From positions 186,001-212,148 of the forward strand of contig JBEKTZ010000007.1 of NCBI GenBank assembly GCA_049515535.1: a DNA stretch of 26,148 bases, read 5' to 3'. Origin of the DNA: Candidatus Aminicenantales bacterium (GTDB taxonomy: Bacteria > Acidobacteriota > Aminicenantia > Aminicenantales > UBA4085). The number at the start of each line of letters is the position of its first letter. Position 1 is the first letter of the stretch. The translations under genes were made by a program, and so were the position numbers. The notes below the pieces were generated by a model, which saw nothing but the letters and a program-made list of their open reading frames with translations, made no database searches and was not told where the DNA came from. Of this stretch, positions 1 to 7,615 are shown piece by piece.

Positions 1-1455
1 CGGCATGTTCCTGACGAATGTGAAGTCTTCGTCGAGATAGGCCTGGAAAGCGGGATAGTCTATGAGATTTTTGAGATGATGGGCCGGGCCGGATGTTTCG
101 ACCAGGATCAATTTGACGTTATGGCTCTCGCACTCGTTTCGAATATTGACGGCCGTGATCTGGCCGCTCCGGGTCATGGCCCCGGAGACATCCACGAGGC
201 GGGGAGGGCAGGGCCGGCGGGCCAAGAAATTGATTCCCGGATCGTCGCCGAAGACGTAATCCCCGGCCGAAGTATTGTCTCCGACAAAAGCCGCCAAAGC
301 CCGCGTGTCCTGATCGAAAGCGCGGAGCTTCTTCAAATTGAACGCCGGGCCGAGGCTGAGCAGGATGAGGACGGCCGCGACGGGGAAAAGATAATATTTC
401 AGCTTTTTCCTGGAGCCGATGCCGGCCACGCCGTCCCCGAAAAAGAAGGCCAGCGGGACGAAGGCGAAGACGATGTAGCGCAGGAAGAATGTCCCGGGAA
501 TCAAAACCTGAACGAGGACGGTGAGCGTCATGAAGAAAAGCAGGGTCCGCTTTTTATCTTTGAAGACGGGCGAGGCGAAGAGGCCCGCGATCGCCAGAGG
601 GATGAGCCCGTAATCGTGGTTCCCGATGAACTGGGCAAGCCGGACGAACGGAAGCGCCGCGTACCGTGAGAACGGGATTTTCTCCTTGGCCAGGTGGAAG
701 CCGAGCGTCGCGTGATAGGTCCCGGGAACGAAAATGACGAAGAGGGCATAAATGAGTCCGAAGGCCAGGAGGAAGCCCGCCATCGCGGCGGCGGCTTTTC
801 GCCGGAGCTGAGGCCCGACGCCTTTTTTGTCATGGGATCGCAGCCATAGATAAAGCAAAAACGATAGATAGCCCCCCAAGAGCAGGACGGCGTTGAGCTT
901 AGCCAGGGTCGCGAGTCCCGCGAACGCTCCGAAAAAAAACGCCGCCGGCAGCCGGTTGTTCAGGCCATCGCCGGCTTCCGACTTCAGGGCGAAATAGAGC
1001 GCGGCGGTCGAGAAAAAAAGCATGGCGTTGTCCGGCATGAACATCCGCCCCAGGAAATAAATGTGCTTCGTGAAGAGAAAAACGGCCGCCGCGAGAAAAG
1101 CGAGCTCGGCGCTGAAATGGAAGAATTTCCGGGAGGCGCGGATGATCAGATAGGCCGTTCCCAGAATGAAGAGAAACGACAGAGCGCGGACTGCCGGGAC
1201 CGTCGCTCCGAAGATTTTGAATACCGCTGCCCCGAGATAGAAGCTCGCCGGCGCCTGGGAAACGAAGAAATCGCGGTAGGGGACATCGCCGAGACTGACG
1301 CGCCAGGAACTGTAGAGATAGGTTCCTTCGTCGTCGTTCATCAAATCTCCGCCCAGGTTGTAGAAGCCCATGAACAGAGCGAGAAGGACGAGCGCTGCGG
1401 GAAAAAGAACGGAGAGAAGCCGCCGATGACGAAGGGGAGCCGGGATCGAGCTCAT
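1..1455 (-). CDS. ArnT/PMT-like (GT39/GT83) polytopic membrane glycosyltransferase; 3' end runs off the window
   Basis: Absent from the ORF track because there is no stop in the window. Manual translation from ATG at 1455 gives MSSIPAPLRHRRLLSVLFPAALVLLALFMGFYNLGGDLMNDDEGTYLYSSWRVSLGDVPYRDFFVSQAP..., with the GT-C 'DE' loop after TM1, a 'PYRDF' motif, many TM segments and 'LATLAK'. The frame is open to position 1. Confidence 0.85.
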   Translation of the reverse strand, partial: MSSIPAPLRHRRLLSVLFPAALVLLALFMGFYNLGGDLMNDDEGTYLYSSWRVSLGDVPYRDFFVSQAPASFYLGAAVFKIFGATVPAVRALSFLFILGTAYLIIRASRKFFHFSAELAFLAAAVFLFTKHIYFLGRMFMPDNAMLFFSTAALYFALKSEAGDGLNNRLPAAFFFGAFAGLATLAKLNAVLLLGGYLSFLLYLWLRSHDKKGVGPQLRRKAAAAMAGFLLAFGLIYALFVIFVPGTYHATLGFHLAKEKIPFSRYAALPFVRLAQFIGNHDYGLIPLAIAGLFASPVFKDKKRTLLFFMTLTVLVQVLIPGTFFLRYIVFAFVPLAFFFGDGVAGIGSRKKLKYYLFPVAAVLILLSLGPAFNLKKLRAFDQDTRALAAFVGDNTSAGDYVFGDDPGINFLARRPCPPRLVDVSGAMTRSGQITAVNIRNECESHNVKLILVETSGPAHHLKNLIDYPAFQAYLDEDFTFVRNMP

Positions 1456-1463
1456 TCAGGGAA

Positions 1464-1492
1464 GTTATAGTGCTCGGGCCTCGTCAAGTCAA
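1464..1492 (-). promoter_or_regulatory. Candidate sigma70 promoter for the glycosyltransferase, possibly leaderless
   Basis: Minus strand TTGACT-17 nt-TATAAC; the ATG lies 8 nt after the -10 box and there is no SD. Confidence 0.4.
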
Positions 1493-1529
1493 GCTCGTCC
1501 CCGAAACTGGACTGCGGTCAGAACCGCGC

Positions 1530-1589
1530 TCATTTGTCGTAATGCAGGAATTCGATCGGCGCGCCGTTGTGGACGATGAAGGCCACCGT
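1530..1589 (-). pseudogene. C-terminal remnant of a small VOC/glyoxalase-like protein gene
   Basis: Minus strand reads TVAFIVHNGAPIEFLHYDK*, resembling the VAFI..NGAP(V/I)E C-terminus of small VOC-fold proteins. An in-frame TAA lies just upstream and there is no usable start. Confidence 0.5.
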
Positions 1590-1628
1590 ATGGCTTTACC
1601 GACGTCCGAGGCCTCGCCGCACGGAGTC

Positions 1629-2432
1629 TTAAAAACCGAGTTTCAAGGCCAAACGAAACGCGAGATCGTTCAAATTCAGGGATGAGGAATTTCTTCGATT
1701 TTCCTGCGGCTGACAGAAAGCCCCGCTTTGTAAAGAATTCAACAAACGCTGCCAAGCATCGTTATCCGAGGAATTGAATCTCCGCCCGAGCGCTTCGACG
1801 ATATTCAAGAGGTCCTCGACGGCCGTCTGCGTCTGCGATAGCGGCTTCACCAAGCCGTGGAATTCAGCGAAGCGGTAGCCGCCTTCGGCCACGAGCTGCA
1901 ACCCCTGGGCGAGGCGATATTCGACGCCGAGGCCGGCCTGGCCGCCCCAGGCGTTTTTATGCTGCATCGGGGAATCTCCATGAAACGAACCGAGGTAGAA
2001 GCTCGGCCCCCCGGTCGCGAAGACGTCCCAGCGGCGGCCCACGGGGACGAAATAATAAAGATTCAAGGACAAGGGGACGATCCGGAAATCTCGGCCCTGG
2101 CCTTGCCCGTCATATCCCCAGCCGTCGGTCATCCAGCCGTTGCCGTCCTCCCGGCCTTGGCCCATGCCATGCCCTTCGAGGCCGGTCAGATATCCGACGC
2201 CGATGCCGATCTGTATTCTCGGTGTCAGGCCGATCTGGAATTCCGACACCAAGTCCACCATCGACTGGTGGGATTCCGCGCAAGCAAACCCTCCCCCCAA
2301 CGATAACGAGAATCGCTGGAAATCCGTCATCCGGTAAGAATCCCTGGCTTGGAGATTCATGGCTCCAAAGACGAGGAGCAGAGAAATGGCGAGAACGGAA
2401 AAACGTCCGGCGGCGCGCGATGGGATGGTCAT
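1629..2432 (-). CDS. Outer-membrane beta-barrel protein (OmpW/OMP_b-brl-like)
   Basis: C-terminal part of ORF 1629..2843. ATG at 2432 has SD AAAGGAG (2441-2447), a signal peptide (FSVLAISLLLVFGAMNLQA), amphipathic beta strands (WGGQAGLGVEY, LVAEGGYRF) and a C-terminal Phe (LKLGF). Confidence 0.8.
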   Translation of the reverse strand: MTIPSRAAGRFSVLAISLLLVFGAMNLQARDSYRMTDFQRFSLSLGGGFACAESHQSMVDLVSEFQIGLTPRIQIGIGVGYLTGLEGHGMGQGREDGNGWMTDGWGYDGQGQGRDFRIVPLSLNLYYFVPVGRRWDVFATGGPSFYLGSFHGDSPMQHKNAWGGQAGLGVEYRLAQGLQLVAEGGYRFAEFHGLVKPLSQTQTAVEDLLNIVEALGRRFNSSDNDAWQRLLNSLQSGAFCQPQENRRNSSSLNLNDLAFRLALKLGF

Positions 2433-2458
2433 GAGGTTCACTCCTTTACTCATATAAA

Positions 2459-2486
2459 AATATACTATATGTATAGGATATGTCAA
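2459..2486 (-). promoter_or_regulatory. Sigma70 promoter with overlapping dyad operator
   Basis: Minus strand TTGACA-16 nt-TATATT; dyad ATATACTATA-TG-TATAGGATAT (9/10 pairs) at 2460-2481 covers the spacer. Confidence 0.6.
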
Positions 2487-2639
2487 ATAGCGGCGGCTAA
2501 AGACAAGCTTCTCCTCTATCGTCCTGTTAGACAAACCGTGACGAAAAAGCTTTGATCCTTCCGTCCGGCCGCGAGCGGATTGTTTTTGACTGCCCGGTGC
2601 TGGTAGAATGGATCGCGGATGGGAGGGCATAAACGCATC

Positions 2640-4265
2640 ATGCAAAGAAGAGATTTCGTGAAAACGATCTTGGCCGGGATTCCAATCCTGTCGCTCGATT
2701 GGAATTCTTTCCCGCGGGCGCAGGCATCGGGCCCGGACCCGAGCTCCTGGGACGCGATCGTCATCGGATCCGGCCTGGGCGGATTGAGCGCGGCGGCGGC
2801 CTTTGCCAGGCAGGGGTTCAAAGCCCTCGTCCTGGAACGGCACTCAAAAGCCGGCGGCTACGCCACGACCTTCCAGCGGCCCGGAGGTTTCGTCTTCGAC
2901 GTCTCCCTTCATTCGACGACGGTGGGCGCGCGCAACGGCGTCCGCAATCTCATCGCGGGCTTCCCCGAGATCGCGGATATCGCCTTCGTTCCACACAAAA
3001 CGCTCTGCCGGGTCATTTACCCGGATGACGATATCCGCGTCCCGGCCCAGGACGTGCCCGCCTATATCAAACTTCTGACGGATCGTTTTCCCGATGAAAA
3101 AGAAGGAATCTCCGCCCTTTTCGACGATATGAAAGGCATCGCCGACGAAGTCGGCAAACTCTCCGCCGCCGGCGGGGCTACGGACATGAGTAAATTCCCC
3201 AGGGAATACCCTCATGTCTTCAAGAGCTTCAGCCGGACATGGGGAGCCTTGATGGAACTCCATATCAAGAATCCCAAGCTCAAAGCCGTCATCTCCTCGT
3301 TCTGGGGATATTACGGCCTTCCTCCGGCCAAGCTCTCCAGTATTTATTATGCGTTACCCACCATCGGCTATCTCGAGGAAGGAGGCTATTATCCGATCGG
3401 AAAGTCCCAGAAGATCAGTGATGCGTTCGTGAAATTCATCGAAGAGAAGGGTGGGCAGGTCAAGCTCGGAGCGCGCGTCGCGAAGATCCTATGCAAAGAC
3501 GGGTCCGCGTCCGGCGTGAGGACCGTGGACGGCGCCGAATTTTTCGGGAAGGTCGTCATTTCCAACGCCAACGCCTTCGACACGTTCCATTCCCTGATCG
3601 ACGGCCAGGACATTCTCAAGGATTACCTGGCGCGGATGGACAAATTCAGCGTCAGCCTTTCGACTTTTCAAATCTTCCTGGGGCTGAAAAAGAACCTGGT
3701 CGGCGAACTCGGCCTCAAAGAGACGGAAATCTTCTGTGCGTCCGGCTATGATCCCGAGGCCGGGTATCGGGCGGTCCTCGACGCCGATCTCGAAAATTCC
3801 GGGTTCGGGCTGACCCTATATGACAATCTTTACAAGGGCTATTCGCCGGAAGGGAAGAACACGATCAGTCTCATGACCCTCCAGGGCTATGAACCTTGGA
3901 AGAAATTCGAGGCCGATTATTTTCAGGGGAAGAAGGACGCGTACAAAGCCGAGAAGGAAAGGATGGCGCGGATCCTGATTGAGCGGGCCGAAAAGACCCT
4001 GTTGCCGGGCCTTTCCAAGGCGATCGAAATCAAGGAAATCGGCACACCGCTGACGAATGTCCGGTATACGGGAAATTACCGCGGCGCGATCTACGGCTGG
4101 AATCAGACGCTCGATAATTCCGCCCCCCGGCGGCTCGGCCATTCCACGCCGATCAAGAATCTCTTTCTCTCCGGGGCCTGGACGAATCCCGGCGGCGGAT
4201 ACAGCGCCGTCATCGGCAGCGGGCTGGAGTGTTTCGGCGAGATTATGAAGAACTGGAAAGGGTAA
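2640..4265 (+). CDS. Tat-exported FAD-dependent oxidoreductase, phytoene desaturase/retinol saturase (COG1233) family
   Basis: ATG 2640 follows GGGAGG. Twin-arginine QRRDFVK signal, Rossmann motif DAIVIGSGLGGL, ERHSKAGGYA, YYPIG, TPLTNVRYTGNYRGAIYG, TPIKNLFLSGAWT. Confidence 0.85.
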   Translation: MQRRDFVKTILAGIPILSLDWNSFPRAQASGPDPSSWDAIVIGSGLGGLSAAAAFARQGFKALVLERHSKAGGYATTFQRPGGFVFDVSLHSTTVGARNGVRNLIAGFPEIADIAFVPHKTLCRVIYPDDDIRVPAQDVPAYIKLLTDRFPDEKEGISALFDDMKGIADEVGKLSAAGGATDMSKFPREYPHVFKSFSRTWGALMELHIKNPKLKAVISSFWGYYGLPPAKLSSIYYALPTIGYLEEGGYYPIGKSQKISDAFVKFIEEKGGQVKLGARVAKILCKDGSASGVRTVDGAEFFGKVVISNANAFDTFHSLIDGQDILKDYLARMDKFSVSLSTFQIFLGLKKNLVGELGLKETEIFCASGYDPEAGYRAVLDADLENSGFGLTLYDNLYKGYSPEGKNTISLMTLQGYEPWKKFEADYFQGKKDAYKAEKERMARILIERAEKTLLPGLSKAIEIKEIGTPLTNVRYTGNYRGAIYGWNQTLDNSAPRRLGHSTPIKNLFLSGAWTNPGGGYSAVIGSGLECFGEIMKNWKG

Positions 4266-4360
4266 AGTTCGAGCTGTCACCGAAATCGAAATAATTTGGG
4301 GTTGAGCAGTCTGTTTCGCAAGTTCATTCTAAATTCTTGTCTTATTGAAGGCATGTACGT

Positions 4361-5512
4361 ATGATATATATTGTCATGCGGAAGGGGAAAAGGCTTAAGT
4401 ATTTGATCATTTTTTCATTCAGCTGTTTTATATTTTCTATCGTAAATGCAACTCCAGCATTTCAGGATATCGAAAGAAAACTATTAGTCTTGGCGGATAA
4501 GACGCCGATATTCCTCAAGCCTGATCCGGCGAGCCCGATTGTCGGGATTGTGCCCCGGAAGACGATCCTGACATCCTATAAAAACGAAAACGACTGGTAT
4601 CGAGTCGTTCTTCCTCCCGATCGGGGCAACGTTTCGATCATTGGCTATATCGCGGCTAAAGACGTCACGGTTATCGAGGAGACGACGACAGCCAAGCCCA
4701 ACTTCTGGGGACCTGGAGAAGGGAAGCCGTTCAAGGGGATCGGCCTCGAGGTTCAGGTCGGGGCCGGCTATGCATTTTTCGGAGGCGGGGATTTCCCCGA
4801 AAGCGTGCGCGGCATGTACGATGAATTGGCCGCTTCGATTGCCGCCATGGGGTATCCTATCCTTGAACGGAAAGTCCAGCCGTTTCACGCTGGAGTTCAT
4901 TTCTCGACGGACCTGGCCTTGCGCCTCAGCCCGCGCTTCTCCATCGGGCTCGGAGGCGAATATCTTTATGCCAGAAATGACGACAGCTTTGGGTTTTTTG
5001 AGGGCGTTCATCATCAGACGGCTATTAGCGAGCCGACCCTGCAGGCCATTATTATCCGGCCTGGCGCTTATCTCACTTTTCCTCTGAGTCACCTTATTTC
5101 CGTAAGGCTGGACGGCGGCCCCGCCCTTTTCGTCACGGGATATGAGTATATCCGGAGCGCTACAACCACGGTTTCCGGAGAATACTTTCACCAAAAGGCG
5201 AAGGATGTCGCCTTAGGCGCTCAAGCGGGGATCGGGCTCGAATTGAACCTCAATGAACGCGTTGGATTGTTTTTGCGGACATCGGGACGATTCGCCCGGG
5301 TCGCGAGCTTCGAGGGCGACGAACAATATGATCTCAGCGAAGGAATAATAGATATTCCAGGACCGCGCTATGACGGCGCCCTGTATTTTTTGCATCGCGG
5401 CTCCTTTGCCGCGTTGACCGTGCGGCCGGACGTGCCTTCGTCGGATGCCCGGCGCGCGGTTTTCGATTTTATCGGCTTAGACCTCTCGCTCGGGCTGAGA
5501 ATGAAATTTTGA
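4361..5512 (+). CDS. Secreted SH3-like domain plus outer-membrane beta-barrel protein
   Basis: Signal peptide; SH3b-like segment (PIFLKPDPASPIVG...DWYRV...IGYI); alternating beta strands; C-terminal LGLRMKF. The start could be 4376. Confidence 0.75.
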   Translation: MIYIVMRKGKRLKYLIIFSFSCFIFSIVNATPAFQDIERKLLVLADKTPIFLKPDPASPIVGIVPRKTILTSYKNENDWYRVVLPPDRGNVSIIGYIAAKDVTVIEETTTAKPNFWGPGEGKPFKGIGLEVQVGAGYAFFGGGDFPESVRGMYDELAASIAAMGYPILERKVQPFHAGVHFSTDLALRLSPRFSIGLGGEYLYARNDDSFGFFEGVHHQTAISEPTLQAIIIRPGAYLTFPLSHLISVRLDGGPALFVTGYEYIRSATTTVSGEYFHQKAKDVALGAQAGIGLELNLNERVGLFLRTSGRFARVASFEGDEQYDLSEGIIDIPGPRYDGALYFLHRGSFAALTVRPDVPSSDARRAVFDFIGLDLSLGLRMKF

Positions 5513-5523
5513 GGAGCGGGCTG

Positions 5524-7593
5524 ATGAAAATGAAAATGTTGGCTGTCATGGCCGCGGGCGGCCTGATATGGTCTTCCATTGGCGTCCATGGTCAGAATCC
5601 TCCGCTCAATCCGAAACATAAAAAATGGCTCACGGAAGAAGTGACTTATATCATCACGACGAAGGAGAGGGACGTCTTTCAGAAACTCGAATCGGACGAA
5701 GACCGGGAACGCTTCATCGAGGAATTCTGGAACCAGCGCGACCCAACGCCGGGTACGCCTCGCAACGAGTTCCGGGAGGAACACTATCGGAGGATAGAGT
5801 TCGCCGATAAAACCTTCGGGAAAGGAACGCCTTTTCAAGGTTGGCGGACGGAGCGAGGCCGCATTTATATCATCCTCGGGCCTCCGAAAGACGTGGAAAG
5901 AATCATCTCCTCCGAGGCGTATCCCATGGAGATCTGGTACTACGCCGGAAATCCTGCCTTCGGCCAGGCGCCGTTCTTCAGGCTCCTTTTCTATCAAAGA
6001 AATGGGACAGGGGATTATGTTCTTTATAATCCGGCCGGAAATTCTCCTAAAGATCTTGTCGGCAATCCCCAGGCAGCTTCTAAAAGAAAAGGGGATCCGG
6101 CAGATTGGGACGAATGGGATAGTGGAGCGTATAGAGTTCTTCAAGAGCGCGTTTCGACCGAAGCGGCGAATTCAGTATTTTCATTAATTCCGGGGAATAA
6201 CAATGTGAACCTTCGGCTTCCCTCTTCCATCCTTCTCGCGGAAGTCCAGAAATATCCCCAGAAAAAAGTCAACGACGATTATGCGATAGCGATCCTGGAG
6301 CATAAGCCGAAAGTCGAGGTCAGCTACTCGATCCGTTTCATGGGAAACCGGACGGCCATGGCCGTGTTCGAGGATTCATCAGGTGCTTTTTTTCTTCATT
6401 ACGTCATCGTTCCGGAGACGATTTCCTTCGATAGCTTCGAAGAAAAATATTTTACTGATCTTAGGACGACGCTGCGACTCTCGGACTCCCAGGGCAGGAC
6501 CCTGTTCCAACAGGAAAAAAACATCCCCATCGATCTCCATAAAGATGAATTGAAAGGGTTGAAAGCGGCCTCGTTCCAGCTCTATGACGCGGTCCCCGTC
6601 ATTCCCGGGAAATGGACGCTTTCCCTCCTTCTCGAGAACACCGTCACCAAAGAGTTCACCACGGTCGAAAAAACGATCGATGTACCGGAACCTGGGGCAT
6701 TTCAAATGAGCCCGCTTGTCCTTTCCAAGAAGATCTTCACTGGTGCGCAAACGACGGGGGCATCCCGGGCTTATCAGTTTGGATCTCTCCAAATATATCC
6801 TTCGGTGAATAACATTTTCCGGGAGAAAGATCGGATTTATCTCTTTTTTCAGATTCTAGGTCTTTCTCCCGCATTAAAAGATCATGCCGTCCTCGTATAT
6901 TCTCTCTTGCGCGAAGAACAGCAGATTTGGACGACCCGGAAAACCGTCCGCGAATATGAAGATCCGCGCTACGTCCTTGAAGAGGTGCCGTCGGAGAAGT
7001 TAGCGGCGGGAAAGTACACAATAAGAGCAGGCTTGCAGGATGAGAGGGGGAGAGAAGTCGTCGCTGCTCAGACCGAGATCCAAATTACGAAGGACGGCCT
7101 CCCCGGCCTCTGGGTCGTTGCCCAATCCAATCCGCCGGCTGGCGATCCCTCCTACGATTTTATCCTCGGAACACAGTACCTTAATAGCGGAAATATGGAT
7201 AAGGCCATCGAGGAACTTGCCAAAGCCTACGAAGGGAAACGCGATTCCGTCGAGTTTGCGGTCGCCTATGCCCAATCGCTCTTGAAGAAGAAAAATCCAG
7301 CCAAAGCGCGCGAGATTCTTCTTCCTCTGGTTGATTCGAAGGACGGGAATTTCGAATTTTATGAGACATTGGGAAGAGCGGCGCGGGAGACGACGAATAT
7401 CAAAGAAGCGGTGACTTGGTACGGCCGGGCTCTTTCGTTCCAGGGCAATGTCGTCGAAGCTCTCAATGCGATGGGCGAATGCTATGTTGAGCTCGGGGAC
7501 AAAGATCAGGCGGAAAAGGCCTTCAAGAAATCTCTCGAAATTAATCCCAACCAACAACGAATCAAGGACTTCATTAAGAGCATAAAATCTTGA
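5524..7593 (+). CDS. GWxTD-domain protein with C-terminal TPR repeats
   Basis: ATG 5524 follows GAGGAG. WLTEEVTYIIT..E, FIEEFWNQRDPTPGTPRNEFREEHYRRI, GWRTERGRIYIILGPP; TPR helices at the C-terminus. Confidence 0.88.
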   Translation: MKMKMLAVMAAGGLIWSSIGVHGQNPPLNPKHKKWLTEEVTYIITTKERDVFQKLESDEDRERFIEEFWNQRDPTPGTPRNEFREEHYRRIEFADKTFGKGTPFQGWRTERGRIYIILGPPKDVERIISSEAYPMEIWYYAGNPAFGQAPFFRLLFYQRNGTGDYVLYNPAGNSPKDLVGNPQAASKRKGDPADWDEWDSGAYRVLQERVSTEAANSVFSLIPGNNNVNLRLPSSILLAEVQKYPQKKVNDDYAIAILEHKPKVEVSYSIRFMGNRTAMAVFEDSSGAFFLHYVIVPETISFDSFEEKYFTDLRTTLRLSDSQGRTLFQQEKNIPIDLHKDELKGLKAASFQLYDAVPVIPGKWTLSLLLENTVTKEFTTVEKTIDVPEPGAFQMSPLVLSKKIFTGAQTTGASRAYQFGSLQIYPSVNNIFREKDRIYLFFQILGLSPALKDHAVLVYSLLREEQQIWTTRKTVREYEDPRYVLEEVPSEKLAAGKYTIRAGLQDERGREVVAAQTEIQITKDGLPGLWVVAQSNPPAGDPSYDFILGTQYLNSGNMDKAIEELAKAYEGKRDSVEFAVAYAQSLLKKKNPAKAREILLPLVDSKDGNFEFYETLGRAARETTNIKEAVTWYGRALSFQGNVVEALNAMGECYVELGDKDQAEKAFKKSLEINPNQQRIKDFIKSIKS

Positions 7594-7615
7594 TGATGTA
7601 GAGAAATTAAGGCCA

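Noticed and set aside
76..1470. + strand ORFs 76..669 and 1063..1470
   Set aside because: Antisense to the membrane glycosyltransferase; their charged composition mirrors its hydrophobic codons.
1491..1503. AAGCTCGTCCCCG as a fourth copy of the coding repeat
   Set aside because: Only about 9 nt match the tail and the hairpin module is absent, so it is consistent with chance.
2433..2843. N-terminal 137 aa of the 404-aa ORF 1629..2843
   Set aside because: Overlaps the divergent oxidoreductase and promoter region. The SD and signal peptide support the start at 2432.
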